Positions 52,901 to 64,000 of a stretch of DNA of 64,000 bases are shown in pieces. The position numbers were made by a program, and so were the translations under genes. Numbering within the stretch: position 1 is the stretch's first letter; every line of letters begins with the position of its first letter. The notes below the pieces were generated by a model. That model was not told the origin of the DNA. It did no database searches and saw only the letters and a program-made list of their open reading frames with translations. The stretch is from Callorhinchus milii (Eukaryota): positions 48,982,001-49,046,000 of the forward strand of contig NW_024704742.1 in NCBI RefSeq assembly GCF_018977255.1. The letters are read 5' to 3'.

Positions 52901-55900
52901 TGTGTTTTTAGCTGGTAAGACTCCAGCAGTATTACTCCAACACATGTGAAATTTCTTCCATGAATCTTGCTAACCACGTTCCCTGGTGCTCAACCTGAAT
53001 TGGGCTAAAATAAGTAGACTTTTACACCCTCACACTACAGGAAATTAATGTTAGGTACTGATATGTCCCTCTTAGTCTCGGCCAAAATACATTTTCCAAA
53101 ACAACTGAGATCGTCCCATTGACTCTTTGTTGGAATGTGCAGCTGGTCTTAAACAGAATTTGATGTACCCATCTATATCTCCTGGGAAAAATATTTTTTT
53201 CCTGAAGTCAATGTTATCTAATTGGCACCTCTTAGCAAAATTGTTTATTATATTTACTCAGACAAAATACTCCCAGGAACTTTAGTGCTTAATCAGCAAC
53301 CTGAAATTTAGCTGAATTTAACTCTTTGTACACTGATTTATGTAGCTTATAGTATTCAGAAACCTCTAGTTCTGACAAGATGCACAAATACAACAACAAG
53401 ATTCCATTTATAGACGCCTTTCACGTCGGGAGGATGTGAATAATTTGAGGTCGACAAAACAGTGACTCAAAAAAGCAACAAATTTCATTGATATAGCGCT
53501 TTTCACGTCGGGAGGACTTCCCAAGGTGCTGGCCAGTCAAGGATTTGGACCCGAGCTGGGGGTTGGGATCAGGAGGGTAGGAGGGTAACCGAAGAGGAGG
53601 TTCTTGAGACGGGCATTGAACGAGGCAAGGGAGGGTGAGGTGAAGGATGGAGTTCTAAAGGAAGGAGCAGAAACGCTGAAGGCCCAATCGCCGATTGCAG
53701 GGTGGGGGATATGGAGCAGGACAGAGCCCCCTGAGCAGAGGGAACGGACAGATCAGTATGGAACAGGATCACAACAGGATTCACTAATAGCGACTCAATT
53801 GCTAATGAGAAATGCTGCCAGTAACTGACATATCATAGAAATCCAATAGGACTAGACACAGATACTTTATAATCAGTCCTGTTCAGGAGGAGCCTAAGTG
53901 TGAACTCAAATTGCTATTCATGAGCACACTCCGAAGCATCGATAGTAGATCAGGGAGTTACCATGCATTCGTCAGCAACAGCAAATTACATTTGTATAGT
54001 GCCGTTCACATCGGGAGGACGTCTCACTAGCTTGCCCAAGTGGCAATTGTTTATGTATGAGCCTTGGCAGTGAATGATGGTAGCCATCTCAGTTGCAGAG
54101 GGCATCACAGCCAAGCCTGGACCTCTCCCTACCTGGCTGGCACAACCAATAAAGGGTGCTGTAGAGAACCCAAGACCAGGAATCCTGGCTGGTTTTCCCT
54201 GGGCAAATTTAGCTTCCTCTTGTCTGAGATCAGCAAACTCGGCATGGACCTTGGTTTTAAGAGCTCCTGGTCCATAAGCTGTAGTGTATCTACAACACCA
54301 TCAGGGCTGCCCCAATCAGCAAGTTCTTTACTGTCCTTCAGGTTGAATCAAAGGTGTTTCCACACCATGTAGATTTGAAAATCCATTGATAAGTTCCTCA
54401 AACTTTTGGTTCAGTTATCTTTTATCAAGGAACCATATCTTTGACCGTCAGTTTTTCCAAGTCCTCTTAACATCAACATCCAAACCCTCTCAACATAAAC
54501 ATTACAACTTTTCTTGTTTTGATAAATGTTAGGTGCTATTCTATCTCAGAGACTAAACATGGAAAAGTGCGAGCAATTGATTTGTGCACCAAATTGACGC
54601 TCTCCTCTTGTATTTGAGCTCATGGATACCCATTTTCCACAACAATTATTCCTTCCACTCCTCCTGAATACCATTTATTATAAAGCATTGGCATCTAGCT
54701 TTATTATTTGGCTAAAAGTAACCATTAACTTAAAAAAAAAATTGGTCACTCAATCCACGACTGTTTGTGGGATACTACTGTGCGCAATTGGCTGCCACGT
54801 TTCCGCCCACAAAGCACACAGTCAATCCACTTTGCAATATGATCTGTGAATTACTTTGAGATGTCTCATCAACGTGATAAGGCAGTATATCAAATGCAAG
54901 GATTATTATTATTATATTGTACTAAGGAATTGAGAATAAATCATTCTGAAAAATATCATCAAAACTACCCGGTGACCACCATGTTCAGTTTTCTGGAACA
55001 ACCTTAAGTCATGTTACCATTTGATGACAGTTTCAATTAATATTTGAGCTGTTATGTTTATACAGCCTTTTTTGTACCTTTTAAAAAAATTGCTGCTCAA
55101 CCCTAATCAATTGTGGAGCCAAGCAGAAAATGTAGTCAATCATTTGGACCTTAAAACAGAATTGTTAATGTAGGTGTACCTCTAGCTGTTTGATGATATT
55201 GGATAATGTGATCTTGGATTCAGCTAAAAGTAGGTTTTGTTGAGGTGATACCATGTAAGTACCCAAATAGTTATAAAATACTATAATAGAAAGCTATACT
55301 TTCTTGAGTAATTGAATAACAGTAATGAAGACAAGGCTGTGCAGTTAGTTATAATTTGGGATTAGCACGATCATTCAAGTACATTATTACTTAAATATTT
55401 CACTTTTTTTGTTCTGCTTCCTCTATTCCAGGTAATCCATATTATGATAGCCTAGGCTCTCTAGGTGTTGGAACACTCTTGGGAGCAGTATCTGCATTTT
55501 TGATCTATACCAACACAGAGGCTCTGCTTGGGAGGTCAATTCAAGCAGAAGAAGTACAGCGACTTACTGAGCTGTTGGAGAATGATCCTTCAGTAAGGTA
55601 ATTGGGTTTCCTGGGTTAGGGTTACTCACAGACCAGTAGCAGTTGAGGAAGTCTAAGGAAGTTGGTCATCCTCCCACTCCCAAGCCCCTTGCCCTCCACC
55701 CATCTTGATTCCAAACTCCAGTTTGTTTGCAAACCCTTGAATGTCCAGCACCTTGGGATGTCTCCCAACGTGAAAGGAGCTATATACATGCAATTTGTTG
55801 GAAGCTAAATACAATGGTCAATTCAAAATGATGAATCAACAAAGCATTATATGGATTCAATGTTTTGCATTGATTACTGCCTGTGAAGTAAAGGTAGTAA

Positions 55901-58900
55901 CAACGTAATATACATAAGAATGTCAAAATATCCATTCTTTCATAACAAATAATTAATGCTACATTTTTGATAGCGATCTAGAATAATTTGATACAAGTTC
56001 ATTAATTTGTGTGAATCTATCAAAAATCACCAACAGCTCCTTAAGAGTTGTCCAGTCAATTAAACTGAGGATTGAAGGGTAATGCAGAATGCAATAGCAC
56101 ATAAAACTGGTAGTAATTAGAATAATGAACCTTCAGAAGATCTGGTGTGACTAAGGTAGCAGTTCTTTTCTGGTCATTGTGAAATGTATAGCGAAGAGGG
56201 TGGGGGATGAATCTTTGTCTTGGTTATAATAGGTATAGCATTAGACAAAATACAGCACCAATCCTACAAGTTAAGATGAGCTAGTGGAACAATATATTGC
56301 ATTTTATCATGTGCGAGAGTGGGTTTCCTACTCTGATTCCCCATACAACTGTAAACTTTAGCTGGTTGCAAATATGGACGGCCAAGAGGATACTGTAGGA
56401 TGGTTTTGGGTACGTAATGGCAGATTATAATAACATCATTACCTGTATTACCTGTGTACAATCTAGATGTCTAGTTCAATTGTCTTTCGTACACCACATC
56501 TGGTACCTGATCAGGAATTTCTCCAATGCACCCCTCACCAGTCTCCCCAGCTCTACCATTCACAAAGTCCAGTTGACTCTACTGCCTGTATTCTCACCCG
56601 TAGCAAACTCCACATCACAATCTATCCAGACTTTGATAGGATCCGTTGGCTGCCTGAAGCAGAATGGATCGATTTAAAGATCCTCATGCTTCCCTACAAA
56701 TCGCTTCATGCCCACCTCCCTATCTCCGCAACCTGCTCATACCCCACTCATCTACACTCCAGCCCTTTTTGCTTGGAGGCTTGGGCCTTCTGCATGTCAC
56801 TTGAATTCTCTGCTCCACCATTGGCGGCTGTGCCTTCAGCCGCCACACCCCGAATCTCTGGAACTTCCTGCCTCAATTCCTACACTTTGCCCTCTCTTTA
56901 TCCATCTTCAGAACCCACCTGAAAACTTTCCTCTTCAACTGTGCCTGCGCTCACCTTCCTTTTCTCCCGTCTCAGTGTCAAACTCATTGCCATTGTTCAG
57001 CGCTCTAAGATGCTATCCTGTGTGAAGGGCACTGTATAAATGCAAGTTGTTTTTGTGAGTGGTTACCTTAATTGAATGCAATATAAAGTGATGTTTACTG
57101 TATTTGTTCAGTTTACTTTTTCCATCAATATATTTCTGGATGCTAGAGGATATCTACTTTAAATTTCAATTCTATATTAAATCTCTCCAGGGCTTTACAT
57201 GATGTGAAGGCCACTGATTTGGGTATGAATACAGTGCGATTTAAGGCAGAAGTCGATTTTGATGGAAGGATAGTGACGAGGTCTTATCTGGAGAAGCAAG
57301 ACATTGACCTGATTTTAAATGTAGGTAAAACAATCTATGAAATACTAACTATGTAATCTTTTGCCATTCTTCTGCAATGATTAAAATTATTGTATCTGCT
57401 AGAGTTCAAATGTATTGCATGGGGAGATGGTGAGATGAGACATTATTCTCACTATTAACACTACTATAGCAGGGAAAATTGCAAATGGGGCTATCTCAAA
57501 AAGCTATTGCTCTTCCACATGATTTTTGTCTCTACCCCTCTCCATCCTCTCCAATCCCGACCCACAGCTCGGGTCCAAAACTCTTGACTGTCCAGCGCCT
57601 TGGGACATCCTCCCGACGTGAAAGGCGCTATACAAATGTAATTTTGTTGTTGTTGTCTTTTGTAAGAGAAGTTGGAAATGCACTAAAACGTATTACTAAA
57701 TTCTAATGTAACTGTTCTCCATGGTTGCAAATATTCCTGAGCATGTTTCAAACTGGCACCTTTGAGCTGAGGTTGGTGTATCAGTTCTACTAAATGTTAG
57801 TTTAGATTTTGCTTCAACAAAAACTGACCATTGTTGGGCTCTGCTTCGTGTCATAGAAGTACTGCAATGGACAGATTGAAATCTGTTTTTTTTATGTTGC
57901 ATAAATATTATGCAATAACAACAGCAAACATTGCTCCTGATGAGGGAGGTAGTTTTGGGATAATACAGTATAAAGGTGTAACGTGTACACCAGATTATAT
58001 AAAGTGTTGTATCTACTCATTTTAGAAAATCAAATGTTAACAATAAAATTGAAGAGGATGGTCATATTTTTACTTTTCAAAATATTGATTTTGTTAATAA
58101 TTTTCTATTCCTGTCTTCTTATTTCTTGTGCGAATTATCAGAAACATCCATTGTTGCTGTGACTGTTTTGATAAACTTGTGATTTATTGTAAACCCATTT
58201 TCATTTATTTTACAGGAAATTCAGCAGGTAAAGACTCCTGAAGATTTAGAAATATTTATGCTGAAACATGGAGAGAACATTATTGACACCCTGGGAGTTG
58301 AAGTTGACAGACTGGAGAAGATGCTGAAGGTGTTTTTATTTACTTTTTTATTTTTTTGCACTGACATAGACACATGCTGAAACCCATCACTATGCTTAGG
58401 AGTTTGAAAACAGATTGAGAGATCCACAAAGGTTTGCCACCACACATGGAAATTTCCCTTTATGTGGAATAGAGTGTGCATTCTCTCCCTGGAGGGATGC
58501 AACCTGCTTATCTAGTTTGAAAGAGCCAAGACATGGAGGTGCATTGGGAGTACTGTTGGAGTTTAACCAGCTAAAACCACATAGCTTGCCATTGAGAGAA
58601 CTATCTGGCAAGCGTCCACTGACGATGGAGTCCTGTAGCTCAGAGGTCAGTGGTGTGGAGTCCTGTAGCTCAGTGGTTAGAGCACTTGCTTTGCAAGCGA
58701 GAGACCTGGGTTCGATTCCCAGTAGGGTGAAACCTTGGGTAAGTTTCCTTACTCCACACTCCTGATAATAATCCCTCAAGAAAAAAATAACAATAATAAA
58801 TTGGTAATTTCAATCCACGACTGTTTGTGGGACACTGCTGTGCGCAATTGGCTGCCACATTTCACCCACAAATATACAGTCAATTCACTTTACAGTCTAT

Positions 58901-61900
58901 TCTGTGAAGCGCTTTGAGATGTCTAGAAGACGTGAAAAGCGCTACATCAAAATGCAAGGATTATTATTATTATCCAGTTGAGACCTCCCTTACCTGTTAA
59001 GTCTGACTTGCAAGGTTATTAGGAACCAAATGGGAAGAATCCCTTCTCCCAACAACTGGTCTGCCTCTTCAAATCCTGCAAATGAGCCAGGCAGACTGGT
59101 CTGTCATCATCAGAGCCCTGGGTACTGCGGACCTGCCTCGCTCAGAAATCAATCCTACCACAAACTCAAACTCAACTCTGACAATCCATTGACAAACATG
59201 TCACCTTGGAGCCAGCTCAGCTTTGAAGAGACCCTACTTAACTCCTTTTCTAGGAGAACAGTCAATTGACCAACTAGTGATCAATTCTTATTTAAATGGG
59301 CTAAATATGATTCATTCCATGAAGTTTGTAACTATTTAAGATACAAAGAGGATATATAATCGAAAAACTAACAAAACTCAGAGAGGATAAAACCCCTGGT
59401 CCAGATGGATTGCATCTGCTTATCTTAAAAGATTCGAGGGAAGAGATAGCAGAGGCACTATTACATATACATAATAACTCATTAGAAAAGAAAGTAGTGC
59501 CAGAGGACTGGAGGATAGCTAATGTTAAACCTATATTTAAAAAGGGACATAGAACAAGCCCAGGGAACTATAGACCTGTCAGCTTAACATCGGTGGTAGG
59601 AAAGATAATGGAATCCTTACTGAAGGAGGTAATAGAAAAAACATCTAGAAACGGAAAACATGATAAAGAGTAGTCAGCACAGATTTCAAAAAGGAACCTC
59701 ATGCTTGACCAACCTCATTGAATTCTTTGAAGGGATAACAGAAAGAGTAGACAAGAGTAATGCGGAAGATGTAATATATTTAGATTTCCAAAAGGCGTTC
59801 GATAAGGTACCACATAATAGACCAATGAATAAGGTCAGAGCATGTGGAGTCAGAGGGAAAATAGCAGAATGGATAGCAAAACATCCATTCAAGCTGGCTG
59901 CAAAAAAAAACAGAGTAGGGGTAAAGGGTAGCTTCTCAGACTGGCAAGGGGTGGGCAGTGGTATTCCACAAGGATCGGTATTGGGACCACTGTTGTTCAC
60001 AATATACATTAATGATTTGGACTCGGGAATCAGCAGTACAATTTCAAAATTTGCAGGTGACACCAAATTGGGGGGGTAGTTAATACAAAAGAGGACTGCC
60101 AACAAATTACGGCAAGACATTAATAAACTTGCTGAGTGGGCCTTTAAATGGCAAATGCATTTCAATGTAAAAATGTGTGAGGTGGGACATTTTGGTAGAA
60201 GGAATAAGGAAGTCACAAACATCCAGGAAAATAAAAACCTAAATAGCGTAGAGGAGAAAAGGGAACTAGGGGTACACAAAGACAATTCACTAAAAGTAGC
60301 AATGCAGGCTAATTAGGCCATAAAAAAGGAAAACCAGGCATTGGGGTTAATTTCTAGAGGGATAGAAATGAAAAGCAGGAAAACTTGTATAGAACCATTG
60401 GTAGACCACCCTTAGAATACTGTGTACACACTTAGAATACTTATAGAAGGGATGTAGAGGCACTGGAGAGGGCGCAAAGGAGATTCACAAGGATGATCCC
60501 AGACCTGAGAGGTTATACCTATCAGGAAAGGCTGAACATGCTTGGACTCTTCTCTGGAAAAGAGGAGGGTAAGGGGTGACCTGATAGAGGTTTTTAAAAT
60601 TATGAAAGGTTTTGATAGGGTAGACATAGGGAAGATGTTTCCACTTGTGGGGGAGACCAAAACCAGGGGCCATCAATATAAAATAGTCTCAAATAGATCA
60701 AATAGGGAAGTTAGAAGAAATGTTTTCACATAGAGAGTAGTGAGAATGTGGAACGTGCTACCACAAGGAGTTGTTGAGGCAAATAGCATAGATGTATTTA
60801 AGGGGAAGCTCGATAAGTACATGAGGGAGAAAGGAATAGAAGGTTATGCTTGAAGGCTTAGTTGAGGAAGGGCAGGAGGAGGTTCATGTGGTACATAAAC
60901 ACCGGCATAGACCATTTAGGCTGAATGGCCTGTTTCTGTGCTCTATATTCTACTGTATTCTAATATTATGTATTTTTGGCAATGTAAGGAAATATGCAAA
61001 GCAGTAAGTATTAGGCTAATGCAGTAATCCATCCGTTAATGCAAGCATCTAACAACATGACTTGAATATCAAAATATTTTAGTTTATTTATGCTGTTTCA
61101 GAGTTTGTTCTTGAGAGTAATTGGATTCACCCTTTCAAAAATATCTAATTATATGGAAGAAAAAGCTCAAGATTCTATAAATCTAGGTTTTGTATGTATT
61201 AAAGATAAAATGGGTTTGCTAGTAAGTTGCAATTATGGCATCCTTGCACTACAATTATTTAATAAGATTTGGGGATTTCGTTCTGCTGGTTATATAAATT
61301 ATGGAAATTGTGTGCAAAATAGCTGCTGTTTACCCACAAAAAGTAAAACCTTGGTTAGACCACACTTAAGAGTAATGTGTACAGTGCTGGGCCCCACATT
61401 CTACAAAAGATATAGAGGGACTGGAGATGGTGCAAAGGAGATTTAGAAGGATGATACCGGGACTGCGAGGTTATACCTATCAGGAAAGGCTGAACAAGTT
61501 TGGACTCTTCTTTTGAAAAGAGAAGGGTGAAGGGTGACCTAATAGAGGTCTTTAAAATTAAGAAAAGTTTTGACAGGGTAGACATAGAGAAGATGTTTCC
61601 ACTTGTGGGGGAGACCAAAACTAGGGGCCATAAATATAAAATAGTCACGAATAAATCAAATAGAGAAGTTCGAAGAAACTTCTTTACCCAGAGAGTGGTG
61701 GGAATGTGGAACTTGCTACCACAAGGAGTAGTTGAGGTGAATAGCATAGATGCATTTAAGGGGAAGCTATATGATGGAGAGAGGAACAGAAGGTTATGCT
61801 GATAGACTTAGTTGAGGAAGGGCAGGAGGAGGCTCATGTGGAGCATAAACAACGGCTTAGACCATTTGGGCCAAATGGCCTGTTTCTGTGCTGTATATTC

Positions 61901-62708
61901 TATGTAATTCTATGTAAAAACAATCCTTGCAAAGGACAGTAATTACTGGTGCAGCATTTTGACATTAAAGATAGCAAAAATATATTTAGAACATAAGAAA
62001 AAAGACCATCTAGTTTGTCTTCCACCTTCCTGGCGGTCTCATGCACATATGTCCTGAACTACCTATGTACTGTATCCCATAATGTTATTTCCTAAAAGAA
62101 AACTATCTAATCTGTGTTTGAAAGAATCAACACTTCCTGCTTCAACCGTCTCCCTAGGAAGCCTGTTCCACAGGTTCACTAGTTGCTCACTATTATTTCA
62201 TCTTTATGTAACTAATACTTGTGGTGCAGTGGATCAGTAACAAGTTATTTAACGTCTTGGAACTAGATTCAAATTCAATCAACTGATGCAATGGAAGTTC
62301 TTGTCTAGCTTGTCTCTTAAGGATCTTTCATAAAATGAAACTTTAGTTCTGAAAGGTTGGATTATACTCAAATTCTAAGGTTTATCATTTGAAATATAAT
62401 CTTTCTAAAGGGATACTTTCATTAAAACCTGGATATTGCATTAAATAATGCATTTACATTATTTAAGCATGATAGTGAAATTCCAATACATATTTTAGTT
62501 GTGCAACATCATAGAATTTTTTGTTACCAGACTATAAATGAAGCTTTGATCTCTAAAATATGTTGGTAAGTATAATTCTTAAAATGCTCCTTTTGTGTGA
62601 ATTAAGTTATTAAAATGATAAAAGTAGAATAAAAAATTCATAATATTATGTTTTTATTTTCAGCAAAAGTATCCCGAAGTTCGCCACGTTGATTTAGAAA
62701 TCTTATGA
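22889..62708 (+). CDS. SLC30A9: SLC30A9/ZnT9 zinc transporter, spliced CDS of 18 coding exons (570 aa)
   Basis: Manual exon joining gives an uninterrupted frame containing [87 protein letters not shown] and the C-terminus [11 protein letters not shown], all recognisable as vertebrate SLC30A9. Exon lengths sum to 1713 nt. Confidence 0.97.
23678..23881 (+). CDS. SLC30A9: coding exon 2 (204 nt)
   Basis: TTTTTAG acceptor, A|GTAAGA donor, open frame with [13 protein letters not shown]. Confidence 0.85.
25178..25225 (+). CDS. SLC30A9: coding exon 3 (48 nt)
   Basis: ACACAG acceptor, G|GTAACT donor; ...EQIQVK. Confidence 0.85.
25650..29060 (-). mobile_element. L2-clade LINE, near-complete but frameshifted ORF2 (APE endonuclease + RT)
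   Basis: ORF pieces: ENVRSLSNK...LDILGLTET and [10 protein letters not shown] (APE); [33 protein letters not shown] (RT); [11 protein letters not shown]...LHWLPI (L2 C-terminus); (TTG)n tail at about 25650. Confidence 0.93.
30766..30865 (+). CDS. SLC30A9: coding exon 4 (100 nt)
   Basis: [37 protein letters not shown] bounded. Confidence 0.96.
31576..31668 (+). CDS. SLC30A9: coding exon 5 (93 nt)
   Basis: [38 protein letters not shown]. Confidence 0.96.
32528..33348 (+). mobile_element. L2 3' fragment
   Basis: TEALLIGS..., LHWLP-type sequence, shared L2 tail. Confidence 0.9.
33419..33501 (+). CDS. SLC30A9: coding exon 6 (83 nt)
   Basis: [35 protein letters not shown]. Confidence 0.93.
34075..34169 (+). 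other. SLC30A9: candidate alternative poison (PTC-containing) cassette exon of SLC30A9
   Basis: Acceptor TTTTCTTTTTAAG and consensus donor CG|GTAAGT. 95 nt; in-frame TAA at 34122-34124 when spliced to coding exon 6. Not recognisably repeat-derived. Confidence 0.7.
34452..35528 (+). mobile_element. young 5'-truncated L2 LINE
   Basis: [36 protein letters not shown]; 3' end near-identical to 20293-20640; (TTG)n tail. Confidence 0.93.
36020..36655. repeat. CA/GA-rich low-complexity repeat
   Basis: Degenerate (CA)n/(GA)n, GACACTCAC-like units. Confidence 0.92.
37288..37605 (+). mobile_element. full-length SINE (inserted in a decayed CR1 3' fragment, ~37085-37670)
   Basis: Near-identical to 7322 copy; flanks resemble the CR1 3' region at 60.5-60.8 kb. 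Confidence 0.92.
38015..38073 (+). CDS. SLC30A9: coding exon 7 (59 nt)
   Basis: [27 protein letters not shown]. Confidence 0.96.
38095..38422. mobile_element. possible decayed Tigger/pogo-type MITE
   Basis: Repeated GTTATAAC/CGTTATAA subterminal motifs and an end resembling ...TTATATCAAGGCTCCTCTGTA. Confidence 0.35.
39507..39707 (-). mobile_element. 5'-truncated SINE
   Basis: Reverse complement of SINE 3' portion. Confidence 0.9.
40532..40599 (+). CDS. SLC30A9: coding exon 8 (68 nt)
   Basis: [30 protein letters not shown]. Confidence 0.95.
41437..41539 (+). CDS. SLC30A9: coding exon 9 (103 nt)
   Basis: [34 protein letters not shown] (CDF TM2 HxxxD); AG/GT. Confidence 0.97.
42085..42230 (-). 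mobile_element. Penelope-like element terminal fragment with degenerate hammerhead motif
   Basis: Minus strand reads CTGACAA-AGGGTC-GTG-GACCT-GAAA-CGTTGA followed by GATGCTGCCTGACCTGCTGAG, resembling shark PLE pseudo-LTR sequence (from memory). Confidence 0.6.
43439..43494 (+). CDS. SLC30A9: coding exon 10 (56 nt)
   Basis: [26 protein letters not shown]. Confidence 0.95.
43895..44030 (+). CDS. SLC30A9: coding exon 11 (136 nt)
   Basis: [53 protein letters not shown]. Confidence 0.97.
45085..45690 (-). mobile_element. L2 3' fragment
   Basis: Reverse complement of L2 3' region and tail. Confidence 0.9.
45855..46178 (-). mobile_element. full-length SINE
   Basis: Reverse complement of 7322 family. 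Confidence 0.93.
46264..46303 (+). CDS. SLC30A9: coding exon 12 (40 nt)
   Basis: [21 protein letters not shown]. Confidence 0.95.
47746..47817 (+). CDS. SLC30A9: coding exon 13 (72 nt)
   Basis: [32 protein letters not shown]. Confidence 0.95.
48085..48945 (-). mobile_element. L2 3' fragment
   Basis: ORF 48417-48881 with [11 protein letters not shown]...LHWLPI. Confidence 0.9.
49400..51415 (+). mobile_element. tandem L2 RT/3' fragments with nested minus-strand CR1 3' end (~50580-50870)
   Basis: GTGGTGTTCCTCAGGGCTCTGTCCT (GVPQGSVL) occurs twice (~49465, ~50064); L2 sequence interrupted by a CR1 tail. Confidence 0.85.
51800..51907 (+). CDS. SLC30A9: coding exon 14 (108 nt)
   Basis: [44 protein letters not shown]. 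Confidence 0.96.
54735..54915 (+). mobile_element. SINE 3' half (similar relics at ~440-600, ~19700-19857)
   Basis: Body and tail motifs of the SINE family. Confidence 0.8.
55432..55597 (+). CDS. SLC30A9: coding exon 15 (166 nt)
   Basis: [63 protein letters not shown]. Confidence 0.97.
57191..57320 (+). CDS. SLC30A9: coding exon 16 (130 nt)
   Basis: [51 protein letters not shown]. Confidence 0.96.
58216..58329 (+). CDS. SLC30A9: coding exon 17 (114 nt)
   Basis: [42 protein letters not shown]. Confidence 0.96.
58340..59230 (-). mobile_element. unclassified ~550-600 bp interspersed repeat (other copies ~35910-36910, ~40850-41140, ~52625-52950 opposite strand)
   Basis: Shared blocks AAACCCATCAC, CATGGAAAT, AGCTAAAACCACATAGCTTGCCATTGA, CATGTCACCTTGGAGCCAG.TCAGCT. 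Confidence 0.75.
58627..58973 (+). mobile_element. full-length SINE with duplicated 5' head
   Basis: GGAGTCCTGTAGCTCAG occurs at 58627 and again at 58657. Confidence 0.92.
59355..60965 (+). mobile_element. CR1 LINE, 5'-truncated, disrupted RT
   Basis: [60 protein letters not shown]; tail with TATTCT repeats. Confidence 0.95.
61345..61915 (+). mobile_element. CR1 LINE 3' fragment (older CR1 relics ~1-110, 2330-2700, 47030-47230 on +; ~11150-11650, 61990-62180 on -)
   Basis: [14 protein letters not shown]...TRGHKYKI...[24 protein letters not shown] tail repeat. Confidence 0.93.
62664..62708 (+). CDS. SLC30A9: coding exon 18, terminal (45 nt to TGA)
   Basis: [21 protein letters not shown] acceptor. 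Confidence 0.96.
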   Translation, partial: QKYPEVRHVDLEIL

Positions 62709-63296
62709 TTTACTGTGGAAGTGAAGAAACCATTGATGTCTACTGAAGAACACCACAAAATAGATACACAACGTATAGCTATTATAATACCTAGCACAGT
62801 CTTTTCAAAGCTGTTATCAGTTTTTTTCTCTAAATATTGTATTTAAAGACATTGAACAATGTGATATATGACAATGACGGCTTAGTGGATTGTTGTGCTA
62901 TCAAGTAATCTCTTGTGGTGTAACTACCATATTACCTGGATGAAGAGCTACTCCTTTTGTAGGATATTGGCACTGGACCAATTTGGATTTGTGATGGTGG
63001 TGGGTTGTAAGGGAGGTGGAAAGATAGTAGTTATCTGCTTACAAATGGGGTTGATTGTATCACCTACTCAAGAGATGCAATCCTTATTGGTCTGCATGAG
63101 CTGTACTAGATAGAGCTGTCAAGATTCAAACCCTACACCATACGGATTCATTCTGTTCAGTCTTGCATATTGTGAGGTTAGAGTGTGATATCTGCACTGT
63201 GCAAAACAAATCTTTTATTTATGGGGCCATTTAAACTAATGGTATAGTAATCTGCAATGTTCTGACCAAACTTTTACAGAAGCTTTTGGGAGTGAC

Positions 63297-63317
63297 AATA
63301 AAACATTATTTAATAAA
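63297..63317 (+). terminator. candidate polyadenylation signals (AATAAA x2)
   Basis: AATAAA at 63297-63302 and 63312-63317, about 590 nt after the stop codon. Confidence 0.5.
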
Positions 63318-64000
63318 ATGTCATTTTAATATATTTATTTAGAAAAAAAACTGAAATATCTTGAATAGAGTGAGGAAAAGAATACAAGAATACTTGTTTT
63401 AAAACTTGGCCAATAGTTATAATGCTAGTAAAGCTTCCATGGGCATGAGTAATTATTTTATAGCTGCTTAAATAGTAAGATTTAGTCAGAAGAATTTGAT
63501 GAGTGAAAAATGAAAAAAAATCACTTTGAGTGACTCTTTTTCTTTGGTTCATTCCTTATTTTACAAAGAATAATTTGTATATAATGATTATTATATATAA
63601 ATTGTTTAGGTGGGAAATTTAACAGCAGTGCTTCATGAAAAGAACTGCAGTTTTCCTCTTTGTCTTTGCACTTTTTTGGGGTGGTTGATATCCACAGAAA
63701 CACCAAAATCAGTGTTTTTTTTAGGAATAATAGGTATTAGATTAAAAAGCAACAAGCCTGGTGTTAGGATGTGGGAGTACACTGTTTACATGCAAAACAA
63801 GAAACGCGTTATTTCATTGGTCCATTGACCTTACAAAGTTAAATACCATGTCATTTTGAATTTCAATGTGGTATTGCTCTAGAAATGTATATAATAGTTT
63901 GATTCATAAATACAAAATGACTATTACATTACAAGCTGCACTAGAATCGTTACATTCCCCCACATAACATGCATGTTACAACTGACAGCCCAAAAACTGT

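Noticed and set aside
57321..57330. Tandem donor GTAG|GTAAAA 4 nt downstream of exon 16
   Set aside because: Common pattern; only the first GT keeps the frame and there is no evidence of use.

Overview
Vertebrate genomic DNA; the SINE/L2/CR1 repertoire points to a cartilaginous fish, probably a chimaera (inference). The window holds one complete protein-coding gene on the + strand, SLC30A9 (ZnT9, mitochondrial CDF-family zinc transporter). It has 18 coding exons with GT-AG boundaries and continuous frame (22889-62708; 1713 nt, 570 aa + stop). A CpG-island promoter and probable non-coding first exon lie at about 17.5-17.9 kb, and polyA signals at about 63.3 kb. The rest is mostly tRNA-Ala-headed SINEs, L2 and CR1 LINE fragments (one near-complete L2 ORF2), microsatellites and older relics. 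No coding gene was found in 1-17 kb. The main finding is a 95-nt cassette exon with a premature stop (34075-34169) between coding exons 6 and 7. It contains a clean hairpin and is enclosed by complementary intronic arms with several competing pairings, making it a candidate structure-controlled, possibly zinc-responsive, poison-exon switch. Exon coordinates were read base by base; repeat boundaries are approximate.
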